A stretch of DNA of 32,000 bases from the NCBI GenBank assembly GCA_016699935.1, contig CP064992.1:750001-782000 (forward strand). Reading direction: 5' to 3'. Below, piece after piece: positions 1 to 9,515 of this stretch. The notes beneath the pieces were generated by a model, which worked only from the letters and a program-made list of their open reading frames with translations, was not told where the DNA came from and made no database searches. Each line of letters begins with the position of its first letter. Within the stretch, counting starts at the first letter, position 1. The translations under genes were made by a program, and so were the position numbers. This DNA comes from Candidatus Saccharimonadota bacterium. Its GTDB lineage: Bacteria > Patescibacteriota > Saccharimonadia > Saccharimonadales > UBA4665.

Positions 1-2
1 CT

Positions 3-260
3 CGGGCTATCGTACGCCAGCCAAAAATTCTTATTGCCGACGAGCCAACTGGGAATCTTGATCCAAAACACGCCTGGGATGTTATTACCGTACTCGAAAA
101 AATCAATCGTTACGGTACTACAGTTTTGTTGACGACGCACAACCAAGATATTGTGAATAAGCTAAAACGGCGGGTAATAACAATCAAAAACTGTCGAGTG
201 GTTAGTGACCGTGCAAATGCCCAGTATAATGAAAAACCGCCAGTCGTGAGGAGCGTCTAA
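3..260 (+). CDS. ftsE: Cell-division ABC transporter ATP-binding protein FtsE, C-terminal part (5' end lies outside the window)
   Basis: Frame 3 reads ARAIVRQPKILIADEPTGNLDP...YGTTVLLTTHNQDIV... up to TAA 258-260. This shows the Walker B (ILIADEPT) and H-loop (TTHN) of an ABC ATPase. ftsX starts 4 nt later. Confidence 0.85.
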   Translation, partial: RAIVRQPKILIADEPTGNLDPKHAWDVITVLEKINRYGTTVLLTTHNQDIVNKLKRRVITIKNCRVVSDRANAQYNEKPPVVRSV

Positions 261-264
261 CGTA

Positions 265-1212
265 ATGGGCAGACGAACGACAACAACGGGCAGAATAATA
301 CGCACAGGCTTCTTGTATTTTGTACGTAACGCTTGGCTTGCAGTTGCAGCCATGGCGACTATGATTATTACGCTGTCGATTATCTTGTTCTCTATTATCG
401 TTAACGCGACTTTTGCGAATCAAGTCGATCAGATTACCAACAAGATTGACATATCGGTATACCTAAAAGATACGGTTACGCCTGCACAAGCGAAAAGTTT
501 CGTAGCAAAGGTAGAGCGGCTTTCAAATGTTGAACAGGTGACATACCTTGATAAAGCTGCGGCACTGAGAGCCTTCATAAAGCAAAATTCTGGAAACGAT
601 AAGTTGCTTGCTGCCGTGAATGAAACCGATAATCCACTGCCTGCCACAGTCAAAATCAAGCCAAAGGACCTCAATAAAATGGACGAAATCCGCTCATTCG
701 TCACAAAGCCAGAGTGGCAGAAACTCCAGTCCGATCCTATCTCTGACAGTGGTGAGCGCCGAGCCACGATAGATAAAATCACTCATGCCACCAACATCCT
801 GCAGCGAGCCGGTATTATTGCGGTTGCTGTCTTTGCGCTGATTTCGGTGCTTATCATTTTCAACACGATTCAGATGGCAATATTTAACCGCCGTGATGAG
901 CTGCAAATAATGCGACTGCTCGGTGCGAGCACAGGTTATATCCGTGCACCATTCGTAGTCGAAACTGTTATTTACGGGGTGTTTTCGGCAATTATTTCTA
1001 TACTCATTATCAACGCGCTGTTTATAACGGCATCAAGCTCTTTGCAGGCGACGAGTTTGGGGTTACTTGAAATTAGTTACAGCCAACAGTATTTTCAGGA
1101 ACGGTACTGGCAATTGTTGCTCATGCAGCTTACGCTTGGTATACTCATAGGAGCTGCATCGTCCATGATAGCCACGCAGCGGTATCTCAAATTCAAAACG
1201 CCAAAGAAATAA
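265..1212 (+). CDS. ftsX: Cell-division permease-like protein FtsX
   Basis: Intact 315-aa ORF with AGGAG upstream. It has an N-terminal TM helix, a ~150-aa extracytoplasmic loop and a C-terminal three-helix FtsX-type bundle (RRDELQIMRLLGAS..GYIRAPF). It follows ftsE directly. Confidence 0.85.
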   Translation: MGRRTTTTGRIIRTGFLYFVRNAWLAVAAMATMIITLSIILFSIIVNATFANQVDQITNKIDISVYLKDTVTPAQAKSFVAKVERLSNVEQVTYLDKAAALRAFIKQNSGNDKLLAAVNETDNPLPATVKIKPKDLNKMDEIRSFVTKPEWQKLQSDPISDSGERRATIDKITHATNILQRAGIIAVAVFALISVLIIFNTIQMAIFNRRDELQIMRLLGASTGYIRAPFVVETVIYGVFSAIISILIINALFITASSSLQATSLGLLEISYSQQYFQERYWQLLLMQLTLGILIGAASSMIATQRYLKFKTPKK

Positions 1213-1413
1213 AGACACGCTCCAGCTTATTCTCAGATAGGATCGAGAATACTTTTCTGGTCTTGAACGTTAGCCGTCACTGCTTGACGGGGATTACCTA
1301 TCAGGGTGAGCGACAAAAATAGAAAAAAGCACAACGTTTTATCGGATATAAGGAGGGTTGCCAATGGTGCTCAGTTGTGATATCATAAGCATGTTCAGGC
1401 AAACATAGAAATT

Positions 1414-2610
1414 ATGCAAAAAAAAGTCTCTCACTCTTTCTCTCGTGTACCGCTGCGTCCAGCGCGATTTGGTCTACTTGTCGCCGCTAGTATATTTTTG
1501 GCAGTAGCGACACTCATACCTACGTGGCGGCACATGGTCTGGGCTGATGAATATCAGGCACAAATAAACGCTTTGACGGAGCAAAACGCAGCAAATCGTT
1601 CTGCGTTAAGTGAGCTTGAGTCTGTCGCTCAAAGCTATGCCGACGCTATTCAGAAGCTCCAACAGCAAATTGATGGGTTACAAGCTTCTATTAATACCAA
1701 TTTGGATTTGCAGGCGCAGCTACAGAAGCAGATTATCGAAGCACAGGCTGAGATAGACCGTCAGCGAGCTATTCTTGCCGAGGATGTAAAGGCAATGTAT
1801 GTCGATGGCACGCCGAGTTCGCTAGAAATGCTGGCGAGTAGCCGTGACTTTAGTGATTATGTCGATAAGCAAGAATATCGATCACGAGTTCAAGCCAAAC
1901 TGCAGGATACATTAAAGAAAATTGCTGAGCTACAAAAACAACTGCAAGTCCAAAAAGCAAAAGTAGAGCAGCTTATTAGAGATTTACAGGTCCAACAGAG
2001 CCAGCTCAATGCCGATCGTGCCAAGCAGTGGGAATTACTCAACATGAATGAAGCTAAGCAGGCCGAGTATGATGCTCAAATAAAGGCGAACAATAGCAAG
2101 GCCGCAGAGCTTCGTGCCGCGCAGGCAGCCGCCAACCGCCGCTTGAGTGGTGGCTCTCCTGGGGGTGTTGTTGCGGGCGATCCTTCACATGGTGGCTACC
2201 CTGCCTCATCCCGTAGCCCGTGGGGCGGATATTGGGGTACCAATTACTCACTCGATAACACCATAGACAACTGGGGTATGTACAATCGTGAATGCGTAAG
2301 CTATACCGCCTGGAAGGTTTATAGCACCTACGGCTACATGCCGTACTGGGGTGGCGTTGGCAATGCAAACCAATGGCCGGGGAATGCTGCGCGGGCAGGG
2401 ATACCAACGAGTTCAACTCCTCGAGTTGGTTCGGTTGCCGTCTGGAATGTTGGCTACTACGGTCACGTTATGTGGGTAGAGGCGGTTAACAATGACGGCT
2501 CAATTTGGATAAGCCAGTTCAACTACGACTTTAGAGGCAACTATAGCGAAATGCTTATCAGCGCCGGTATGGCCTCAAACCTTACGTACATCTATTTTGA
2601 CGAAATGTAG
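1414..2610 (+). CDS. Secreted coiled-coil + CHAP-domain peptidoglycan hydrolase (PcsB/CwlO-like architecture)
   Basis: Intact 398-aa ORF. It has an N-terminal membrane anchor, about 200 aa of Q/A/L/E-rich heptad sequence and a G/S/P linker. The C-terminal CHAP-like domain has Cys in NRECVSYTAWKV and His in GHVMWVEAV. It sits next to ftsEX. Confidence 0.75.
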   Translation: MQKKVSHSFSRVPLRPARFGLLVAASIFLAVATLIPTWRHMVWADEYQAQINALTEQNAANRSALSELESVAQSYADAIQKLQQQIDGLQASINTNLDLQAQLQKQIIEAQAEIDRQRAILAEDVKAMYVDGTPSSLEMLASSRDFSDYVDKQEYRSRVQAKLQDTLKKIAELQKQLQVQKAKVEQLIRDLQVQQSQLNADRAKQWELLNMNEAKQAEYDAQIKANNSKAAELRAAQAAANRRLSGGSPGGVVAGDPSHGGYPASSRSPWGGYWGTNYSLDNTIDNWGMYNRECVSYTAWKVYSTYGYMPYWGGVGNANQWPGNAARAGIPTSSTPRVGSVAVWNVGYYGHVMWVEAVNNDGSIWISQFNYDFRGNYSEMLISAGMASNLTYIYFDEM

Positions 2611-2679
2611 CCGCGCTGTTCCACCGCGCATACCTAAAAACAAATAACATTCTAGCGCCCCACAGCAGGAGTGAGCGCC

Positions 2680-4678
2680 ATGCAAATACCGGTTTACCAA
2701 AAGAGCAAAGTACAACGAATTCGCATTCGTCGTGTCACGCCGCTAGAGAATTCTCCGACAAACTCCATACGAGGTCTTCAGGCTCTAAAACAAACAATAC
2801 ATCGCAGAGTTGGACGTAATCCGCTTCTTCGTCGCAGTTTTCGTTGGCCGATTGCTTTCGTGGGTGAACGAAGGAAAGCCTTATTCAATATTGGCTTATT
2901 CATTGGGTTCATGGTCGGTTACATCGGTGTCACGAACGGCATTGCCTATGCTCATCAAACCGTCCGCGCCGAACATGTCGTGAATCACGCAGTCAACGAG
3001 CCAATTCGCGTTGTGTTTAGTCGTCCTGTGAAAAGTGGGCTGCAGTATGGCTGGCAGGAAAATATTAAAGGTTCATGGCGCTTCGAAAAACAGCTGGGTG
3101 GTGTGCGGGCGCTTGTATTTACTCCTAAAGCGACCCTTACTCCGAACTCGGTGTTGCACCTTCGACTTAAAAAAGTGCAGCCAACAGCCGATATTATGAG
3201 TAATACGCCGAGCGAGCAAATAGTCCAGGTTGTCATGGAGCGTGCGCCTCGTGTCACGGCTCAAACTCCAGCGAAAAAAGCGGCGCTGGTCCGTCCAAAC
3301 AGTGCAGTGTCGGTTCGCCTGAGCGGGCCAAATAAAGGTCTTCGCGCACTTGTCTTAAGTGGTGATATACCTGTTGTGTCACCAAAACCATCTAGCCGAG
3401 ACGACATGCTTTTCCAGTGGAAGCTCAGTAAGGCTCTCGACCAAGGTAAAATGTACCACGCTGAGGTGAGAGACACACAGCAAAGCGGCGAGAAACAAGT
3501 TGTTGCAGTGTTTGATTTTACGACCGTCGCAGAGCCGCGGGTAACAACGAACGCCAGTGGGTATTTAGGCCCAAACCAAACAATTATACTTAGTTTTGAC
3601 CAAGATATGGTAGCGACTGCAAATACGGTGCAGTTCACCATGCCCGGGAAGGGTGCTTGGGACAGTAAACGCCAGTACAGCTTCACTACGAGTTTAGTAG
3701 TGCCGGGTACGACCTATAGCTATAAAGTAAGCAGTGGGACGAGCTCGGTACACGGTGGGGTCATGACAACTGAAAGCGTTTTTTATGCCCAAACTCCGGG
3801 CAATGTTAAGGTAGCGAGCGCCCAACCATCAGGAGCTCGTGTTCCTCTTGCGACCTCACTCAGCCTCACTTTTGACCAGCCAGTCGATAAAAATAGCGCC
3901 GAAAACGCATTTTATATCCAACCAAAGGTAGCAGGTAGCTTTAGTTGGTCGGGCAACACCATGACCTACCGGGTGTCCGGTTTGAGTGAGCAGACCACAT
4001 ACAGCTACGGTGTTGCGCCAGGCATCAAGCCCGTATTTGGTCTTGTAGGCATCGCTTTCGATAAGCAGTTCACGACAGTTCCACCGATTCGTAAGCTTGC
4101 TGTGCCGTTTTATCGCCAGGCTCATAGTCTCAGCTGCGAGTCGGCGTCATTGCGTATGGCACTCGCTTCGTACGGTGTTATGACAAACGACGATGAGATA
4201 CTTGGGCGAGTCGGCTACAGCCCGCAACCGCGCGATACAGCTCACGAACACTTGGCAAGATCCGTACCTGATGTTCGTGGGAAGTGTGGACGGCAAAATT
4301 GGTGTGGATGGCTGGGGTGTTTACTCGGGTCCGATTGCCACGGCGGCTCGGTCATTTGGGCGCAGCGCAGATGCGATTACCGGCGTGTCAGCAGGGCAGA
4401 TTGCTACAGCAATTCACAGCGGAAACCCGGTAGTGCTCTGGGGCGTGAGCGGCTGGGCAGCCAAAGAAGATAGCTGGAATACGGCTACGAGCGGTGTCGT
4501 CCGTGCGCCGCGAAATGAGCATGTTCGCGTGGTGTACGGAGTGGAGGGCAGGGCAGATGCGCCACTCGGTTTCTATATATACGATCCGCTCGGTACAAGT
4601 AGTGGGCTGTATTGGACGGTCGCTCAGCTCCAAACCAATTCTGCCGCTGGTGGCGGTCATGCGGTTATCGTCCGCTAA
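2680..4678 (+). CDS. Membrane-anchored protein with Ig-like repeat region and C-terminal C39-like (YvpB-type) cysteine peptidase domain; one frameshift near 4235-4250
   Basis: AGGAG lies 8 nt before ATG 2680. ORF 2671-4473 continues in ORF 4193-4678. The text FYRQAHSLSCESASLRMALASYGV...GYSPQPRDT in the first frame is followed by NTWQDPYLMFVGSVDGKIGVDGWGVY...NEHVRVVYGV in the second. Together they read as one peptidase_C39_2-like domain. The upstream part consists of repeated beta-rich segments. Confidence 0.55.
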
Positions 4679-4683
4679 ACTAT

Positions 4684-5696
4684 TCACCGGAGCGTTTTAT
4701 ACAGCTTGAACAGGGCGTACTGCAATGGCTTGTAGACAAAATCTATCGGGTTCGCGTGATCAACGCGGTAGCCACCGAAACGTTTTTTGAAGCCAGTCAC
4801 CCCACCGAGGTCATGGCCTTTGACGTCATCGGTCACTCCGCCGAAGTTAAAGATGGTGCAGCCACGTTTTTGGCTTCTTTCACTGCAGTCCAGATGACGG
4901 TGTAGGCCGGGGCAATCTTGCGAAAGTCGTTGCTAGAGCCAGCAAAGACATAGTGCGCCTGTCTATCATAGACCACAAAGAGTCCAGCGGCGGCTGGCTT
5001 ACCGTCTATGTTTACGAGTACCACAAACCCTTCGTCGTCGTTAAGGGTTTTTAGGTAGGCACCGTAGTAGTTTTTATCGAATATGCCAAAACCATCACGC
5101 TCGCTGGTTGTCTTCATGAGAGAATAAAATGTTTCTAGTGGTGTTTCACGTGGTTTTAAGACGACTATGGATGCTCCCGCGCGCTCGGCGAGGCGCACAT
5201 TGTAGCGAGCATGTTTATGAAAACCCATCCAGATTGTCTCTTCGTCTGGCGAAATGTTCAGCACCCATTCAGCACGCGGCTGTAAACTCGCCGTGCGGGC
5301 AATTTTACCTGGGATGGGTTTTTTTACAGAGATTTGTTTTACCGCATCGTTATCTAAGCGCACAAATGCACAGCCGAGTCTATCTGCTAAAGGTCTGAAA
5401 AATGCTTCAAGATCTATTATGAGTTCTTGCTGCCATTCTTGAGAAACTGGTCCGTACGGACAGTAGAGGAACGTAAGGCCACCCGGCGCGTGGTAGACGA
5501 CTCCTAGCCCGAAACCGATTATCTCACGTTGCTTCATAATGCGCACATAGGCGACGTCTTTGCCGCTACTTGTTTGCAGTTTGCCATACAACGGCGCCTG
5601 TAAGAACGACACAGGCTCTTGTTGCCGCCCAAGATATGACTGGCTGGCTGCCTCATAATCTTCGACTGAACAACTCTGGATTGTATATACGCCCAT
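4684..5696 (-). CDS. FemAB-family peptidoglycan interpeptide-bridge aminoacyltransferase; one frameshift in the T5 run at 4867-4871
   Basis: The 287-aa ORF 4833-5696 has a FemAB/FemX-like N-terminus and core. Lengthening the run 4867-4871 by one base continues it as ..EAKKRGCTIFNFGGVTDDVKGHDLGGVTGFKKRFGGYRVDHANPIDFVYKPL.. up to TGA 4684-4686. That is the typical FemAB C-terminus. Confidence 0.7.
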
Positions 5697-5746
5697 GAGT
5701 ACTATTGTAACCCTAGCTCTTAGAATCGCAGCACATTACGGACGCA

Positions 5747-7010
5747 TTGAGTATACTCGCATCTAGCAAGACGAACATGTATACTACTAACTACATGCAA
5801 AACGCACATAAAGAGGCAAAAATAAGGAACTTATTCACGTGGCAGCGTCTCGCTGGCGTGTGGGTACTATTGGCCGTTTTTGCTGGTGGGGTGTTTATGG
5901 GACAGAGCGGTTTCTTACCCGTTCGTCAGGCCTTCAACTCCAGGACAGACTTGCCAAAGACAGTTGACTATTCTCAGGTCGACAGGGTCTATCAGGCGCT
6001 CAAAGACAATTACGATGGTAAGCTCACTGAAGAACAAGTCTTGAATGGGTTAAAACACGGGTTGGCTACCAGCACAAAAGACCCATACACTGAGTTCTTT
6101 ACCGCAAAAGAGGCGGAAGAGTTTAGTAATGATTTGCAGGGTACAATCACGGGTGTAGGGGCAAAGCTAGAACTTGATCAGGACGGCAATATTGTCATAG
6201 TTGCGCCCCTGAGTGGATCACCGGCCGAGGCAGCGGGGCTACGCGCAAAAGATATCATTACCGCCATCGATGACAAAAGCAGCTACGGCCTTACCGCAAC
6301 TGAAGCGGTACTGAAAATACGGGGGCAGAAGGGAACGAAGGTAAAACTGACTATCGTACGTGACGCAAAACAGCAGCTTGAATTCACCATAACTCGCGAT
6401 ACCATTCACGTTCCATCGGTCGAATCGAAAATCCTAGAAGACAATATTGGGTATATACAAGTCAGCCAGTTTAGCGATGATACTGATGAACTGGCGCTGA
6501 AGGCCGTTCAGTCATTTCGTGATGCCGGGGTAGAAAAAGTGATCTTGGACTTACGCGATAACCCCGGTGGGGAGGTTTCAGCTGCAGTTGGGATTAGTGG
6601 CTTGTGGCTGACGAACGGACAAACGGTTGTGCAGCAGCGCCGTGGTAGCAAGCCGTACTCGACCGATACCGTTTCGGGCAGTTTGTCACCCCTGAAGGGC
6701 GTGAAGACGGTTGTGCTTATGAATGGTGGGTCAGCCTCTGCTTCGGAGATTGTTGCTCTAGCCCTGCGTGACCAGGCTGGGGCCCGAATTATAGGTGAAA
6801 AAGTTATGGCAAGGGTGTCGTGCAACAGCTTGTTTCGTTCGATGATGGTAGCTCGCTCAAGGTGACAATTGGTCGTTGGTACTCGCCAAAAGGTACCAAC
6901 ATAGACAAAACAGGCGTCAAGCCTGACCAAGAAGTTAAACCAACTGAAGACGACATAAAAACAAAAACGACATCCAGCTCCAGGCCGCCCAAAGCTGGCT
7001 AGGACAATAG
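5747..7010 (+). CDS. S41 carboxy-terminal processing protease (PDZ-containing); about 2 frameshifts. Start uncertain (TTG 5747 or ATG 5777)
   Basis: It has a TM anchor, a PDZ region (GVGAKLELDQDGNIVIVAPLSGSPAEAAGLRAKDIITAID) and an S41 core (LDLRDNPGGEV..., NGGSASASEIVA). Adding one A to the A5 run 6798-6802 restores GEKSYGKGVVQQLVSFDDGSSLKVTIGRWYSPKG. A second shift in the A-rich stretch ~6955-6970 gives ..DIQLQAAQSWLGQ with stop 7008-7010. Confidence 0.8.
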
Positions 7011-7086
7011 CTTTGCCGGTTCTGGTCGTGTTGGTGGCCAATCCCAAGGGTTAAAACTCAAGGTACAATGACCACATCCCAAGCAC

Positions 7087-7183
7087 CAATGACCAAGCAG
7101 CTTACGAATGACATCATTAATGAATTTGGAGCTCGAAGCCTCCCATTCATTCATTTAGACCGTTACTCATTGCTTGGTCATTG
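7087..7183 (+). promoter_or_regulatory. Long nested hairpin in the pyrG 5' leader (candidate attenuator or regulatory element)
   Basis: The outer stem is 13 bp and perfect: caatgaccaagca (7087-7099) pairs with tgcttggtcattg (7171-7183). The inner stem pairs aatgaat-tt-ggag (7119-7131) with ctcc-c-attcatt (7140-7151). A TACAAT -10-like hexamer sits at 7064-7069. The pyrG GTG is at 7282. Confidence 0.45.
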
Positions 7184-7281
7184 AGGCTTGTTGCTTGCTG
7201 CTCGTTCGTTCAGAGCGCTTGTTGTTGCGCTTGCGGCTAAAACAGCGTATGATTGGTGAGATAAACGGGGAGTGTACAAGC

Positions 7282-8889
7282 GTGAGTGAGAAGCAAACGA
7301 AGTTTGTGTTTGTAACAGGTGGAGTGCTTTCGGGGCTTGGAAAGGGCATTACTGGCGCGTCTATCGCAAATCTGCTTAAAGCGCGCGGTTTATCCGTAAA
7401 TCTTCAAAAATGCGACCCGTATCTCAATGTCGATGCTGGTATGCTTAACCCTCGTGAACATGGTGAATGTTTTGTCACGAAAGATGGTGCTGAGACCGAC
7501 CTTGACCTCGGCCACTACGAACGGTTCATCGACCAAGAATTAACGCGCGAAAGCTCGCTCATGAGCGGACGCGTGTTGCTAGGAGTTATCGAGGCAGAAC
7601 GAAGCGGTAAATACGGGGGTAATACGGTCCAGATCATCCCACACGTCACGCGGGCTATCCAAGAGCATGTTCTCGCGGCAGCCGAAGGGTTTGATGTCCA
7701 TATTGTCGAGATTGGCGGAACAGTAGGGGACTATGAGAGCCTGTCGTTTGTTGAGGCTATCCGGGAGCTCAGGATGCGAGTGGGGAGGAAAACTGCCTCT
7801 TTGTCCACGTTGTCTACATGCCGTACCTCGGCGCAAGTCATGAGTTCAAAAGCAAGCCAGCTCAAAACTCCGTTCGTGAATTGCGCGGCCTCGGTATAGC
7901 TCCAGATATACTTGTGTGCCGAAGTGAAGACAAAGCCCCCTGAGAGCATAAAAGATAAACTTAGCCTCTTCACTGGCGTGGGTCCAGAGGCAATTGCGCT
8001 GCTCCCAAATGCCGAAAGTATCTACCAAGTACCACTCACTCTCGAAGATACTGGTATCGCCGATGTTATTAGTAGCAAGTTATCGCTAAATGTAACCAAA
8101 CCAGACCTGCGGGAATGGCGAGCTGTCGTCGACAAAGCACTTGCTAAACCAAGCCAGACCGTTCGGGTTGGTGTGGTTGCGAAGTACCTCGACAACGCCG
8201 ATACGTACATGTCTGTTTTTGAAGCAATTCGTGCGGCTGCCTGGGCAAATGATGTGGCAGTTGAGATTACCTGGATTGATGCGCCCAAGCTCGAAACAGC
8301 AACAGATGATGAAGTGGCGGCTGAACTGACGAAGGTCGATGGTATCGTCGTGCCTGGTGGGTTTGGTTCGCGTGGGGTAGAGGGCAAAATTCGTGCGGCG
8401 CAATATGCGCTGACGCACAAACTGCCATATCTCGGACTCTGTTATGGGCTGCACATGATGGTTATTGCAGCAGCACGGCTACATGGGTACGAAGATGCGA
8501 ATACCACAGAGGTGAACCCCGACACCACGGCCGCAGTTATAGACACCATGGAAGGCCAAAAAGGCAAAGAAAACACTGGTGGCACTATGCGGCTCGGTGA
8601 CTACGCTTGCCATTTTGAAGCCGACAGTCTGGCCGCCAAACTGTATGGTACGCAGGATATCGTGGAGCGACACCGGCACCGGTATGAAGCGATGGGTCAG
8701 TATGTTGCCGAGTACGAAAGTTGGGGGATCCGCGCGAGTGGTATGAACCCAGACAACGGGCTTGTTGAGGTAATAGAAGGCGTTGATCATCCGTTCCTGA
8801 TGGCGAGTCAGTACCACCCCGAATTCAAGAGTCGCCCCAATCGCCCACACCCTATGTTCCAGGGTTTCATTGCCGCTCTTAAGAAATAA
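7282..8889 (+). CDS. pyrG: CTP synthase; two frameshifts (G4 run 7782-7785 and C5 run 7936-7940)
   Basis: [23 protein letters not shown]... is the canonical PyrG N-terminus. The segment [52 protein letters not shown] reads in a third frame between ORFs 7174-7899 and 7912-8889. The C-terminal glutamine amidotransferase domain shows [10 protein letters not shown] and YHPEF. Confidence 0.9.
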
Positions 8890-8902
8890 TGTATCTGTGC
8901 GC

Positions 8903-9084
8903 TTGTCATTCCCGTACCCAACCGAGCTGAGGATAAACTCCGGCGGGAATCCATGTCTTTTACGTTCCGTCATCCTGAATTCGTTTCAGCATACTTACGT
9001 CACCACTCACAACCATCCTGTCATCCTGAACGAAACGAAGAATCTTCCCTGCATTTGTCATTCCCGCACAGGCGGGAATCCATG
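8903..9084. repeat. Cluster of short GC-rich palindromic (REP-like) intergenic repeats
   Basis: ttgtcattcccg...cgggaatccatg occurs twice: at 8903-8955 with a 26-nt insert in the loop, and at 9055-9084 as a tight hairpin attcccgc-acag-gcgggaat. gtcatcctgaa occurs twice, near 8969-8990 and 9020-9047. The order is A-B-B-A. Confidence 0.6.
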
Positions 9085-9185
9085 CGTTTGCTGGCGCTTG
9101 TACACACCATGCTCAAGTATCTCACTAAACTTCACTGTCACCAGTAGTTCTCGGACTGCCAGGCCGACCAAGTTATTTTGCTGCC

Positions 9186-9215
9186 AAAATCAAAATGCGG
9201 GCTTTCGCGCCCGCA
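9186..9215 (-). terminator. Rho-independent terminator (minus strand)
   Basis: On the minus strand the sequence reads tgcgggc-gcgaaa-gcccgca followed by TTTTGATTTT. That is a 7-bp GC stem, a 6-nt loop and a U-tract. All neighbouring protein genes are on the plus strand. Confidence 0.7.
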
Positions 9216-9470
9216 CTACGAGAAACTTTTTTGGTGGCAAAAAAGTTTCACAAAAAAGCCAGGCACATCTCCAACCTCTCGGTGACTGTTGTGACGTGCT
9301 ACAACGCGAAAATACTAATTGGATACGCATTTTCGCACTTGTTGTAGCGAGTCACAACAGTCATGCCGGGAGGTCTCCGCAGTGCCTCTACTAGCAATAT
9401 CGCTATCGCGACTGTAATTACTAGCGGACTGCGGCCGCGTCTTAGGTCTAAGCTCTACCATCTGAGATCT
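9186..9470 (-). ncRNA. Candidate structured small RNA of unknown family. The 3' end is defined by an intrinsic terminator; the 5' end is uncertain
   Basis: No ORF of 60 aa or more lies on this strand. In minus-strand order there is a hairpin at 9391-9424 (8 bp, enclosing a tcgc-GATA-gcga tetraloop hairpin). Next is a 127-nt rod at 9261-9387 (aggcac/gtgcct, cctctcgg/ccgggagg, then about 28 bp of stem). Then comes a perfect 11-bp hairpin at 9222-9249, and finally the terminator at 9186-9215. Confidence 0.4.
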
Positions 9471-9479
9471 ATTTATTTC

Positions 9480-9508
9480 TTGACTCATGGCCTTCAGGGA
9501 AGTACCAT
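9480..9508 (+). promoter_or_regulatory. Sigma70-type promoter placed for a leaderless transcript of the receiver gene
   Basis: TTGACT (9480-9485), a 17-nt spacer and TACCAT (9503-9508). ATG 9516 follows 7 nt later, with no Shine-Dalgarno sequence. Confidence 0.45.
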
Positions 9509-9515
9509 TAGCAGT

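Noticed and set aside
7174-7281. 108-nt N-terminal extension of the pyrG ORF ([24 protein letters not shown]..).
   Set aside because: It is a translation of the leader hairpin. The conserved PyrG N-terminus begins at GTG 7282.
429-8973. Long antisense ORFs inside well-supported genes (for example 429-782, 2054-2416, 3261-3686, 6508-7047, 8022-8420 and 8479-8973; similarly 16199-16621, 17501-17908 and 21697-22128 further on).
   Set aside because: They fully overlap genes with clear homology on the opposite strand. They have low-complexity or Arg/Ser/Cys-rich translations and no start context. They are typical shadow ORFs.
8870-9394. ORFs 8870-9394 (174 aa) and 8953-9147 (64 aa) in the pyrG-downstream spacer.
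   Set aside because: Their translations are read-throughs of the palindromic repeats and the long hairpin (..CHSRTGGNPC.., ..HPERNEES..). They have no start context and no protein-like composition.
9440-9470. tRNA-like segment: the minus strand reads ..GATCTCAGATGGTAGAGC.., a near-consensus tRNA D-arm. It is followed by sequence faintly resembling a tRNA-Arg anticodon and T region (GACCTAAGAC, GGCCGCAG..TCCGC).
   Set aside because: There is no complementary acceptor stem. No anticodon stem can be drawn and there is no GTTCGAATC-type T-loop. Position 10 mispairs in the D-stem. At best this is a decayed tRNA remnant or part of the candidate sRNA. I am not calling it a tRNA gene.
9363-9515. N-terminal extension of the receiver ORF (start 9363 in the ORF track).
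   Set aside because: It reads through the structured RNA region. The receiver fold begins at ATG 9516, which has its own promoter-like hexamers.
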